A stretch of 64,000 nt of DNA from Bacilli bacterium. Its GTDB lineage: Bacteria; Bacillota; Bacilli; Paenibacillales; NBRC-103111. Every line of letters begins with the position of its first letter. Positions within the stretch are counted from its first letter, which is position 1. Below, one piece after another: positions 55,290 to 64,000 of the stretch. The position numbers were made by a program, and so were the translations under genes. The stretch is taken from NCBI GenBank assembly GCA_028287395.1, contig JAQBPR010000026.1, positions 914 to 64,913 of the forward strand, read 5' to 3'. The notes under the pieces were generated by a model. That model searched no databases. It worked only from the letters and a program-made list of their open reading frames with translations, and had not been told where the DNA came from.

Positions 55290-56426
55290 AGCAAACTTCA
55301 TCAATAGCATGACAGCTGCCAAGGATAAGATGCCGCTGACCGCAAAAGGAAGGGAAATACTAAGTCCATAAAGAGCCATGCCCATCAACGGCCCGAGGAT
55401 GCGGCCCAGACTGTCCATCGATGAGCTTAGTCCTGTTGCAATGCCCTGTCCTACTGTCGTTCTCTGCGTGATTAAAGAAAGCACACAGGGACGAATCAAG
55501 GCGTTGCCTGCTCCGAACACCGACATATAGATCGCAGCTGTAATTACATTAGAAGACAATAGAATGAGAAAAAAGCCAATAGCAGACAGAATTAATCCAA
55601 TCAATATCGCTTTTTTCTCACCGCCTTTTTTAATTCTCTTGCGGACCACTCCTCCTTGAATCAACGCGCCTACAATTCCACTAACAAAAAACATCATACT
55701 GACCTGAAAGGGTGTCGCACCGATATGCTTGATTTGAAATAATTGAAAAGTCGTCTCTAAACCAGCTAATGAAAATGAAACGAAAAAAGATAAAACATAT
55801 AAATATTTGATAGCACCAGAAAAAGCGGTCCAACGCGAAGACTGCTTTACTTTAGTATGTACGCTTCGCATCGCTGCGGGCAGAGATTCTGTTAAGAACT
55901 TTGCAGTGAAAGCAACAAGCAAAAATGATAATATCGAAGCAGCAAAAAACGGTGCATTCAGATGAATCAAGCTTAAGACCCCGCCAATCGGCGGACCAAA
56001 TATAAAGCCGAGTCCGATTGCCATTCCGACAAGTCCCATCCCTTTCGTACGATTCTCCTCTGTCGTGATATCCGCTACATAAGCAACCGCACAAGAAGTA
56101 ACGGCCCCGGAAAAAAGCCCCCCAATAATACGAGAAGTATACATCCATCCTAAATGATGGCCCGACATCCCGAAAATAAAAAAGCTAACACCAAAGCCAA
56201 AAAGTCCGATTAATAAAATCGGCTTTCTTCCCCAGCGATCTGATAATCCACCCCAAATCGGCGACATCAAAAAAGACGCTGCTGAATACAAAGAAAGCAA
56301 TAATGCCAAATGAAAATTCACTTCACCCTTACTCTCCACCATCGCAGGCAGTACAGGAATAATAATTCCAAAACCAATAAATACCGTCATTAGCAGTACC
56401 ATAATGGTACCCAGCTGTCTTTTCAT
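55266..56426 (-). CDS. MFS transporter (DHA1/TetA-like)
   Basis: 'GFGIIIPVLP', motif A 'GGLSDRWGRKP', 'AYVADIT', 'GFIFGPPIGG'. Confidence 0.92.
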   Translation of the reverse strand: MKRQLGTIMVLLMTVFIGFGIIIPVLPAMVESKGEVNFHLALLLSLYSAASFLMSPIWGGLSDRWGRKPILLIGLFGFGVSFFIFGMSGHHLGWMYTSRIIGGLFSGAVTSCAVAYVADITTEENRTKGMGLVGMAIGLGFIFGPPIGGVLSLIHLNAPFFAASILSFLLVAFTAKFLTESLPAAMRSVHTKVKQSSRWTAFSGAIKYLYVLSFFVSFSLAGLETTFQLFQIKHIGATPFQVSMMFFVSGIVGALIQGGVVRKRIKKGGEKKAILIGLILSAIGFFLILLSSNVITAAIYMSVFGAGNALIRPCVLSLITQRTTVGQGIATGLSSSMDSLGRILGPLMGMALYGLSISLPFAVSGILSLAAVMLLMKFAKHIHYAT

Positions 56427-56448
56427 TGACTTTCCTCCTAAAACAATC

Positions 56449-57720
56449 TTAACGTGCTCCTACCTTTTTTTTCTGTGAAATGTATAAATGTGTTAAAAAC
56501 AAGAGGAACAATACACAGCCGCTTGTAACAAATGGCGCATGAGGACCTAGATCGTCCCAAATTTTGCCGGAAACCACCGGTCCAATCGTCGTTCCCATCC
56601 CTTCAATCGTTAAAAAGAAACCCCAAACCGCTCCCCTTCTTTCAGGTGGAATCGCTGCGGCAATTAAAGCATTCCATGAGGGGATAATCAAAGCATAACT
56701 AAATCCAAGCAGTACAACAAGCGCATATACAAACATTATCGAACGCGTATAGGTAAATTGCATTAGCGCAAGCGATGCTAAGAGAAAGCCAATGTTCAAA
56801 AACCATTTTGTCCCCCAGCGATCAACCAGCTTGCCCACGGGCACCATGAACAATACGGTGATAAATCCACCTGCGATTAAGAAAAATCGATACTGTGAAC
56901 CTGATAATGCTAATATTTTTGTAGCATATAATGTTAACACTGGTGCCAGCAATCCTAAAGCAAATGTTTGGGCAAACATGGCAGGAAACATCAGCGGACT
57001 TATCGTCAATGACTTTCGCACGGAGGACAAATAATTTTTGATTCGCGTTATGCGGCTGCCTCTTAATGGACGGATACGTTCTGCTGGCACATGCTTATGC
57101 TGCGAGTCTTTCGCTTGTATGTCTTTCTTTTTTCCAGGTAAAAAAAACGCGACAATGAGTACGGCAACCATCATTCCAATAAGTAAAGTAAACGCTGAAT
57201 TATAATGGCCTTTATCCATGAAGAATGTGATTACAAAAGGCCCTAATCCGACACCCGATAACCAGGCTATGTATACGACACTCATAATCGTACCGCTGGA
57301 CTGCTCCCCCGCTATTTCTGTCGTTCCGGTAATTACACAGGGCCATAATGGCGCTGTTCCTATCCCAAGCAGCGCGCAGGCAACAATAATCCAGAAGTAG
57401 CTTGAAGTTGTAGCGATGATAGCCACAGCCCCGAAAGATAAAAGAACGCCAGTCAACATACTTGCCCGATAACCAATATGATCAATAATCCAGCCAATCG
57501 GCGTCCGCAATAAATTATCGCTCAAATATTGTACAGCCAAGGTCCAACCGATGACCAAAGCCGTCGCACCAAGGACATCATTCATGTATACGGGTAAAAA
57601 GGTAATCATTAAAGCCCCTTTAACAAACTCCACAACAAACATGATAAATAAAAGCTTCAACACAAAACCGGAAAAAATTGTTTTTCGGTCCAATTTTATT
57701 TTTTTATCACCCTTAGCCAT
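56449..57720 (-). CDS. MFS transporter, possibly LtaA-like
   Basis: 12-TM pattern, 'GKLVDRWG', TM1 'FVVEFVKG'. Confidence 0.85.
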   Translation of the reverse strand: MAKGDKKIKLDRKTIFSGFVLKLLFIMFVVEFVKGALMITFLPVYMNDVLGATALVIGWTLAVQYLSDNLLRTPIGWIIDHIGYRASMLTGVLLSFGAVAIIATTSSYFWIIVACALLGIGTAPLWPCVITGTTEIAGEQSSGTIMSVVYIAWLSGVGLGPFVITFFMDKGHYNSAFTLLIGMMVAVLIVAFFLPGKKKDIQAKDSQHKHVPAERIRPLRGSRITRIKNYLSSVRKSLTISPLMFPAMFAQTFALGLLAPVLTLYATKILALSGSQYRFFLIAGGFITVLFMVPVGKLVDRWGTKWFLNIGFLLASLALMQFTYTRSIMFVYALVVLLGFSYALIIPSWNALIAAAIPPERRGAVWGFFLTIEGMGTTIGPVVSGKIWDDLGPHAPFVTSGCVLFLLFLTHLYISQKKKVGAR

Positions 57721-57870
57721 CTACTTGCCTCCGTAAACTTAATTAATTGTAGTATTCACAACAAATTAACAATAATTCGTTTGCATCCCTGCGCTGTTTT
57801 GTTATACTCATTTTGTTTGTTATATTTATAGTGTTAAACAATTCATATCAAGAAGGGAAAAGATGTCCCT

Positions 57871-59340
57871 ATGGATCATCAACGTACTCCCCTGTTTACC
57901 GCTTTAATTCAACATGCGGAACAGAACCCCATTCAATTTCATATTCCTGGTCATAAAAAAGGCGTCGGCATGGACCCTGAATTCAGAGCTTTTATTGGAG
58001 ATAATGCCTTATCCATTGATTTAATTAATATTTCTCCACTTGACGATTTACATCAACCTACCGGTATTATAGAAGAAGCGCAGAAAATGGCAGCAGATGC
58101 GTTCCATGCCGATTATACCTTTTTTTCCGTGCAAGGAACAAGCAGTGCGATCATGACGATGATTATGTCGGTATGCATTGAGGGCGATAAAATAATCGTC
58201 CCGCGAAATGTTCACAAATCTGTCATGGCTGCAATTATTTTCTCTGGTGCAAAGCCTGTGTTTATATCTCCTACAAGTGATGCTAACCTTGGAATCGATC
58301 ATGGAATTACCGTAAGTTCTGTTCGTAAAGCTTTGCTTAAACATCCGGATGCAAAAGCTGTGCTGGTCATTAACCCGACTTATTACGGTGTATGCACGAA
58401 TCTTAAAGAAATCGTCGAGCTCGTGCACAGATACAATATTCCTGTTTTGGTGGATGAAGCGCATGGGGTTTTAATTCACTTTAACGATCAGCTGCCTATG
58501 TCAGCCATGCAAGCAGGCGCAGATATGGCAGCAACGAGCGTTCATAAGCTGGGTGGCTCGATGACACAAAGCTCGATTCTCAATATCCGCGGACCTTTGA
58601 TCAATCCAAGACGCGTTCAGACGATTATCAGCATGCTCACGACAACATCCACCTCCTATATCCTCTTGGCTTCATTAGACGTATCTCGTCGGCATTTGGC
58701 ATTGCATGGAGAGGAAATGGCGGAAATGACGATCCGCTTAGCGCAGCATGCGCGTAAGCAGATTAATGAAATTCCGGGACTGTATTGTTTTGGCGAAGAA
58801 ATCCTCGGAGGTGAAGCGACGTTTAACTACGATCCTACCAAAGTCACCATACAAGTTCGTAAATTAGGGCTCACCGGGTATGATGTGGAAAATTGGCTGC
58901 GAAATGAATTCAACATTGAAGTAGAGCTAAGCGATATGTATAATATTCTCTGTCTAATTACTCCAGGTGATTCAGCGGAAAACATTGAAGTATTGCTTAC
59001 AGCCCTTCGTCGTCTTTCTCTTGAGCATTATGAGATCAACGAAGAAAACGAGCTTATTGTTAAAAATCCAGAAATTCCACAGCTCTCCTTATCGCCGCGC
59101 GATGCTTTTTACGGAGATACGGAAACCATTCCGTTTAAAGAATCTGCAGGTCGGATTATCGCAGAATTCATATACGTATATCCTCCAGGTATCCCGATCT
59201 TATTGCCAGGTGAGGTTATTTCGCAAAAAAACATCAACTACATTATCGAACACGTTGAAGTTGGACTTCCTGTCAAAGGGCCAGAAGACCGCAGCATCAC
59301 GAATGTTAAGGTTATTGTCGAAACGACAGCCATTTCTTAA
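57871..59340 (+). CDS. speA: PLP-dependent arginine (Orn/Lys/Arg) decarboxylase
   Basis: 'FHIPGHKKG', 'VDEAHG', PLP lysine 'SVHK', 'TTSTSY', 'YPPGIP'. Confidence 0.9.
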   Translation: MDHQRTPLFTALIQHAEQNPIQFHIPGHKKGVGMDPEFRAFIGDNALSIDLINISPLDDLHQPTGIIEEAQKMAADAFHADYTFFSVQGTSSAIMTMIMSVCIEGDKIIVPRNVHKSVMAAIIFSGAKPVFISPTSDANLGIDHGITVSSVRKALLKHPDAKAVLVINPTYYGVCTNLKEIVELVHRYNIPVLVDEAHGVLIHFNDQLPMSAMQAGADMAATSVHKLGGSMTQSSILNIRGPLINPRRVQTIISMLTTTSTSYILLASLDVSRRHLALHGEEMAEMTIRLAQHARKQINEIPGLYCFGEEILGGEATFNYDPTKVTIQVRKLGLTGYDVENWLRNEFNIEVELSDMYNILCLITPGDSAENIEVLLTALRRLSLEHYEINEENELIVKNPEIPQLSLSPRDAFYGDTETIPFKESAGRIIAEFIYVYPPGIPILLPGEVISQKNINYIIEHVEVGLPVKGPEDRSITNVKVIVETTAIS

Positions 59341-59413
59341 TCGTGATTTTGATTGAAAATCTATCCTTTGAATGCTATGATATTTCTGAACTATGACAGG
59401 GGTAGGTGTGATC

Positions 59414-59833
59414 ATGAGTCAAAGCGCGTATATCAAATTTGTTGAAGGATCTACTGTTTCATCAATGACTTTGGAAGAATTACAAGAACATTTGGCCAAT
59501 TACAAAGAGCAATTAACTTTGACAGGACAACAATTGGGATGGGAATACGCTAATGCCGGCTTTCCGTATACATTTGAGACAAAGCCTGAAGCTGAGGGTA
59601 AATGGTTTTACCTTAAAGGCAAGGACGATGGCTATAAGCACATTGTCATGGGAGTTGGAAATGATGCTGATGGGGAAGCGGCTCGGAGTTATGTCCAGGT
59701 TGTTCTGCCTAATGATGCAACACATGGGGATAAAGCAAAAGCCAATGAATTATGCAAGCATTTGGGAAAACAAATGAAAGCAGAACTCCATCTTTTTAAT
59801 GGTCGAATTATGTATTTCAATCCTCGTAAATAA
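59414..59833 (+). CDS. DUF1885 family protein
   Basis: 'SAYIK', 'TGQQLGWEY...FPY', 'THGDKAKANELCK', 'LHLFNGRIMYF'. Confidence 0.82.
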   Translation: MSQSAYIKFVEGSTVSSMTLEELQEHLANYKEQLTLTGQQLGWEYANAGFPYTFETKPEAEGKWFYLKGKDDGYKHIVMGVGNDADGEAARSYVQVVLPNDATHGDKAKANELCKHLGKQMKAELHLFNGRIMYFNPRK

Positions 59834-59842
59834 GTTCAATGT

Positions 59843-59902
59843 AAAAATCCCTTATCACAGAGAGCAGGAGCTAAATCTCCTCTTCCGGATACGGGATTTT
59901 TT
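59843..59902. terminator. Bidirectional terminator
   Basis: AAAAATCCCTTATC...GATACGGGATTTTTT. Confidence 0.7.
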
Positions 59903-59931
59903 GCGTTGATCATCTTCCTATATACAGTTGC

Positions 59932-60255
59932 TTATTTGTCTTCTTCAGATTCTTTGGAGGCAATTTCGTTGTAAATAGCTACAACTCGATTCCATTCCTC
60001 GTCGTCTTCGATACTTACCAGGTAGGCTTCTTCATTTTCTTCCTCTACACGGAAAATAACGCCATCGGATTCCAATTCATTACGATCTAACAAAACAGCA
60101 TAGGCTTGCTGATTCGATTCAAACGTATACACCATCACCATTTCATGCTCAATTCCATCTGCATCTGTAACTAAAAAAACATTTTCATCATGCTCATGGT
60201 CGTGATCATGCCCACATCCACAATCGTCGTCATGCTTATGTTCTTGTTCGCTCAT
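59932..60255 (-). CDS. DUF1292 protein with a His/Cys-rich N-terminus
   Basis: 'HKHDDDCGCGHDHDHEH'; acidic core 'YAVL...IFRV...IEDDEEW'. Confidence 0.82.
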   Translation of the reverse strand: MSEQEHKHDDDCGCGHDHDHEHDENVFLVTDADGIEHEMVMVYTFESNQQAYAVLLDRNELESDGVIFRVEEENEEAYLVSIEDDEEWNRVVAIYNEIASKESEEDK

Positions 60256-60336
60256 TTTATAACCTCTTTTCCAGCTGAAATAATTTCAAAGATATCGTAA
60301 CATTTTAGCCGAAACAGGTCAATTTGCAATTCAGCT

Positions 60337-60840
60337 TTAATCCCCTTTTGACATTAATAAATTGATAATTCTTTGTAAGCGAATGTATTCGTTTTTCTTC
60401 AGATCTTTACGGAAATAGGCATACAAATATGCGGCCTCAATAAAAGATAACGCAGGATAACAGGAAATTCCTTCATTAGTATAAGGATTATCCATGATAA
60501 TCTGCCATTCTCCTATTCGCTCCTCTGGCGGAACTTGACGAAGTGCTTCTTCTTTATAATATATCAGCCGTTCTTGCTCTTCCCATATCTTTCCCCATGA
60601 AGGGCTAATCCATTCAGGATGAGGAACAATTATTTTACCTTTACGAACCAATAACTTTAATTGCCCCAATTGGGCTTCCTCACAAGTCATCATCTGTTCT
60701 TTAAGCCCGGTTAGTAATTCACTAAAGAGTGAATACCGTCCTGTCTCTAGCAGCGATTGCAGCTGCTTATACTCCTCTTCTGTCGAAGCTTGAACGAATT
60801 GCTCAAACACTTGCATCTGTTTAATCTTCATGTATGTCAC
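60337..60840 (-). CDS. Hypothetical protein
   Basis: 167-aa ORF co-directional with its neighbours. Confidence 0.7.
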   Translation of the reverse strand: MTYMKIKQMQVFEQFVQASTEEEYKQLQSLLETGRYSLFSELLTGLKEQMMTCEEAQLGQLKLLVRKGKIIVPHPEWISPSWGKIWEEQERLIYYKEEALRQVPPEERIGEWQIIMDNPYTNEGISCYPALSFIEAAYLYAYFRKDLKKNEYIRLQRIINLLMSKGD

Positions 60841-60907
60841 CTTTACATTTAAAATGGCAAGTCAGAAAAAAGAACGACCCGTAATTCGAGTCGTCCCTGC
60901 GAAATTT

Positions 60908-61534
60908 TTATTCGGAAACGATCGTTTTTTGTGAAACCGTTACATAATTACCGTCATCGCCCTTAAAGGAGAAATCAACGAGGTAAGTACCTGCTTGTGA
61001 AAACTTAACCTTAAATGAACAAGTAAACCAAAAGCTATTCTCAAAATCTTTACTAATTTCTTTACTATCATACTCATCGCCGCTTGGTGTCAAAATTCTG
61101 ATTTTAAAACCGGACGTTTTGGCGATTAAAGTATCTACTTGCGCATTAACGAAAACATTCGTTGTCTTACCTTGCGCGATTCTGCCAAAGGGTGCTTTAA
61201 TCAAGTAATCTTTATTGTCATTACCTGTTATTTTCGTATCCTCGGAAACGAAAAGATGAACGTTTGGCTTATAAATATTCGCCGTTAGTGTACTGCTGTC
61301 CCATTTAACTATGGCTTGCAAGGATTCGGCTACTTTACGAAGCGGCAGCACAGTTGTCCCATCTATTACTAAACCGGGAACATCTCCTTGGTTAATTTGA
61401 ATTTCGGAACCGTTTACGAGGACTTTTGCAATCGGGTAACCGTCATAAATTCCGTGTAAGGAATCCGCATATACCGTCGCAGCAAAAATCATTGAAAACA
61501 CCAAAGTTAAAATAATGAGTCGTTTGGCTTTCAT
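60908..61534 (-). CDS. Exported protein with a copper-amine-oxidase N-terminal-like (stalk) domain
   Basis: Signal peptide 'VYA'; 'IDGTTVLPLRKVAESLQAIVKWD'. Confidence 0.8.
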   Translation of the reverse strand: MKAKRLIILTLVFSMIFAATVYADSLHGIYDGYPIAKVLVNGSEIQINQGDVPGLVIDGTTVLPLRKVAESLQAIVKWDSSTLTANIYKPNVHLFVSEDTKITGNDNKDYLIKAPFGRIAQGKTTNVFVNAQVDTLIAKTSGFKIRILTPSGDEYDSKEISKDFENSFWFTCSFKVKFSQAGTYLVDFSFKGDDGNYVTVSQKTIVSE

Positions 61535-61617
61535 ACATCTTTACCTCCATCTGCTTGTGTTTAAGTTACTATTTTATACTCGGATGGCAAGCAAGAGTTG
61601 CGATAATTATAAAATAA

Positions 61618-62544
61618 TTACTTGATCCGCGCTAAAAAATCTAAAACACGCGCAGTATATTGCACAGGATCCAATTTATAGGAACCAATATGCTTCGCTT
61701 TCGATGTTTTCCAAAATTCAAATTTGTCCTTATGCTTTTCCCACAAAGTTTCGCTATTTGTATAGGGTATACTATCATCGTCTATACTATGTATGAACAG
61801 AATAGGTCGTGGATAAATTCGATCCACAGCAGAAAATGCGTCTACCCTTTCAGGATGCAAGCCTGTAATAGGCGGCAGCATATTCATAATTAACGGCGTG
61901 AATGGAAATTGCGGCAAATGGGACCAAACAGATAAATTATCGGTTAAATAGCTTTTGAGATTATTGAATGGACTATCCGCAATGACCCCTGCAACGGATG
62001 GATCATCTGCTGCTGCAAGTAATGAAGTCGTAGCGCCCATGGAAAAACCGAAAAGACTTACTTGACTGGAATGATTGCTTTTTACCCAATCCAACGCTCC
62101 TAAAATATCATTTTTCTCTAATTCTCCTACAGAACTCAATGTCCCCTCTGATTCACCAGAATTACGAAAATCAAACATTAACACCTGATAACCAGCACCT
62201 ACTAAGGATTTAGCCAACGGTAGCGCAGGAACGGTATCCTGAACACGATTTTTCTTATACCCATGCGCTAAAATAATCGTTTTATCTGACTTCTTTGCAG
62301 GTAAGAACCAACCCTTAAGTTTAATCGCATCTCCTCGGCTCGCAAACTCAACATCTTGGTAGGTTATTTGATAATTAGCAGGCGAATCGCCTAAAGGCTG
62401 CTTTGCTGGATGAGTCAGACCCCAGCCGACATAGCCAGAAACGCCTAAAGAAGCCAATACTAAAACAAGCAATAAAATGATAAAAAAACGCAGCATTCTT
62501 TTCCTTCTATAATAAGGCCTCATTGCTAATTTGGTAACTACCAT
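61618..62544 (-). CDS. Membrane-anchored alpha/beta hydrolase
   Basis: 'LAHG', 'DFRNSGES', nucleophile 'GFSMG', 'DSPF'; start moved to 62544. Confidence 0.9.
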   Translation of the reverse strand: MVVTKLAMRPYYRRKRMLRFFIILLLVLVLASLGVSGYVGWGLTHPAKQPLGDSPANYQITYQDVEFASRGDAIKLKGWFLPAKKSDKTIILAHGYKKNRVQDTVPALPLAKSLVGAGYQVLMFDFRNSGESEGTLSSVGELEKNDILGALDWVKSNHSSQVSLFGFSMGATTSLLAAADDPSVAGVIADSPFNNLKSYLTDNLSVWSHLPQFPFTPLIMNMLPPITGLHPERVDAFSAVDRIYPRPILFIHSIDDDSIPYTNSETLWEKHKDKFEFWKTSKAKHIGSYKLDPVQYTARVLDFLARIK

Positions 62545-62549
62545 AGTCA

Positions 62550-63029
62550 CTATCCTCTCTTCAACTTTCGATATTGTAAATACATCGTAATTCTCCAAGG
62601 AAGCAGCATGCCAAAAGCCAATATAAAAAAAATAGCTCCTGTTTGCATAATCGAAACCCATTCTTCAACATAACTATGTAAAATCAAACGAAGCAACAAG
62701 AGGACGATTAAAATACCTATAAAAGCCTTGGAACGACGCAAGTAAATTTCTTCACCCACACGTTCAAACTTAGAAGTCAGAATTAAAGGATACGCAAAAA
62801 ATACAGCTCCAACCGCAAAAGCAATACTCCCCCATAAGATTGGAATCCGCATCGGGACATATAAAAACATCAGAAAACCACTGCTCATCCCAAGCGGCGG
62901 CATAATAATTTTTTTGACAGACGTTGGTTTTTTTGTAGACCGTAAACGAAAAAAAATAACAGCGCAGGCTATGACGATCATACCGAGCGTCGATGTAATC
63001 GGCAAGTTTGCGCTAAACGTATGTCCCAT
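62550..63029 (-). CDS. ccdC: CcdC family (DUF1453) membrane protein
   Basis: 'KKIIMPPLGMSSGFLMF', 'TSKFE', 'FFILAFGMLLPWR'. Confidence 0.85.
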   Translation of the reverse strand: MGHTFSANLPITSTLGMIVIACAVIFFRLRSTKKPTSVKKIIMPPLGMSSGFLMFLYVPMRIPILWGSIAFAVGAVFFAYPLILTSKFERVGEEIYLRRSKAFIGILIVLLLLRLILHSYVEEWVSIMQTGAIFFILAFGMLLPWRITMYLQYRKLKRG

Positions 63030-63091
63030 ACCTATCCTCCAGTTAAACCATATCCTCTAAAAAGCATTTTTATTATACCACAATCGCAGCT

Positions 63092-63289
63092 TTATTTTCT
63101 GCTTCTCGTCAATATGCAAGGAACTCCCTGTCCCATACTTCCAGGCAGAGCCATATACTCCATATATCGTATCCCTCTGCTGCATTGGTGTTTACAAACT
63201 GCACATACATCTGAGGTAACCATTTTTAACTGAAATTGACTGCGGTTTAATGAGGATATTTCTTTTTTTTTCAAAACCTTTTTGCTCAA
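63092..63289 (-). CDS. Small Cys-rich hypothetical protein
   Basis: 'CAVCKHQCSRG...VPC'; GAGGGA SD. Confidence 0.6.
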   Translation of the reverse strand: MSKKVLKKKEISSLNRSQFQLKMVTSDVCAVCKHQCSRGIRYMEYMALPGSMGQGVPCILTRSRK

Positions 63290-63474
63290 GCTGCATCCCT
63301 CACCGTCATTTTATTTGGCTTTATGCCAATAAGTTATGCGGTTTATAGTCAAGTGGACCTATTTTATTAAAAAATGTTGTTTTTTTATGGTAATGTGCTT
63401 TCACTTTTACCTATTAAATGCTAAATTATATAAAAAGTACTTTTTGACCTACCTATTATTTAAGGGGGAGCTAC

Positions 63475-64000
63475 ATGAGTATTTCTATTCAGATGTTAGG
63501 CACAGGGTACGCTTTTTCGAAAAAGTACTACAATAACAACGCCCTGGTTCAATGCAATGGTTACAAGCTTCTCGTAGATTGCGGCTTTACCACACCAAGA
63601 GCTTTATATGAATTAAACATTAAACCTTTTCAAATTGATGGGTTATTTATCACACATCTACACGCAGATCATATTGGCGGTTTGGAAGAATTCGCCTTTC
63701 AAATGATGTATATCTACAATAAAAAACCAATTTTATTCGTTCCTTCAGAGCTGCGTACTCCATTATGGGAAAATTCTTTAAAAGGAGGTTTAGAAAACCA
63801 AGCGGATCAAATCACTAAGCTTGAGGACTATTTTCAGGTCGTTGAAATCCAATTAAACACACGCACTGAAATCTTTCCGGGCTTTGAACTGGAAACGTTC
63901 TCAACTAAACATATCCCCGGAAAAGCGAGTTATGCTATTTTGTTTAAAGATTACTTTTTTTATAGTGCAGATACTTGTTTTGATCGAAAATTATTAGAGC
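63475..64000 (+). CDS. MBL-fold metallo-hydrolase (RNase Z-like), 3'-truncated by the window edge; missing from the ORF track
   Basis: ATG 63475 behind GGGGGAG; reads MSISIQMLGTGYAFSKKYYNNN...LVDCG...THLHADHIGG (HxHxDH motif). Confidence 0.92.
   Translation, partial: MSISIQMLGTGYAFSKKYYNNNALVQCNGYKLLVDCGFTTPRALYELNIKPFQIDGLFITHLHADHIGGLEEFAFQMMYIYNKKPILFVPSELRTPLWENSLKGGLENQADQITKLEDYFQVVEIQLNTRTEIFPGFELETFSTKHIPGKASYAILFKDYFFYSADTCFDRKLLE

Noticed and set aside
983-63536. Dozens of 60-150 aa ORFs antisense to or nested in recognised genes (e.g. 983-1216, 1294-1572, 22427-22888, 28227-28667, 58048-58464, 63336-63536)
   Set aside because: Shadow ORFs of well-supported genes, with no recognisable motifs and mostly no SD
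1-64000. rRNA, tRNA, prophage, integrase or transposase genes
   Set aside because: No such signatures seen; intergenic gaps are short and otherwise explained

Overview
AT-rich chromosomal segment of a spore-forming Bacillales bacterium, most consistent with Paenibacillaceae. This rests on the gene set and order: rqcH-galU-lysR, ylbG-ylbF-XPB pair-ylbB, ftsW-ylaN, dgcP-rpsD-tyrS-pbp-acsA-mtnN-ccpA, aroA/aroK-gndA, yktB-speA. About 65 CDSs are mostly housekeeping, transport and sporulation genes. I see no rRNA, tRNA, CRISPR array, prophage or transposase. Non-coding features include a Tyr T-box that starts about 14 nt after the rpsD stop, an rpsD leader, a cre site, TetR and NarL-type operators, many intrinsic terminators, and a family of short TA-bounded MITE-like hairpin elements, one of which supplies a stop codon. 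The best candidates for under-described biology are: (1) a tightly coupled operon of an exported Gly/Ser-tailed protein, a glutathionylspermidine-synthetase-like ATP-grasp ligase, a membrane protein and DUF350; (2) an XPB helicase coupled to a possible p52/Tfb2-like partner behind a forespore-type promoter; (3) a Q/N-rich prion-like protein in an operon with two Coat_F-like genes; (4) an HPr paralogue lacking His15 and possibly circularly permuted; (5) a deletion/inversion scar of acuA-acuC beside acsA that the ORF track misses. All family assignments come from motif recognition and recall, not database searches. Several start codons were moved from the ORF track to the best SD-supported start.
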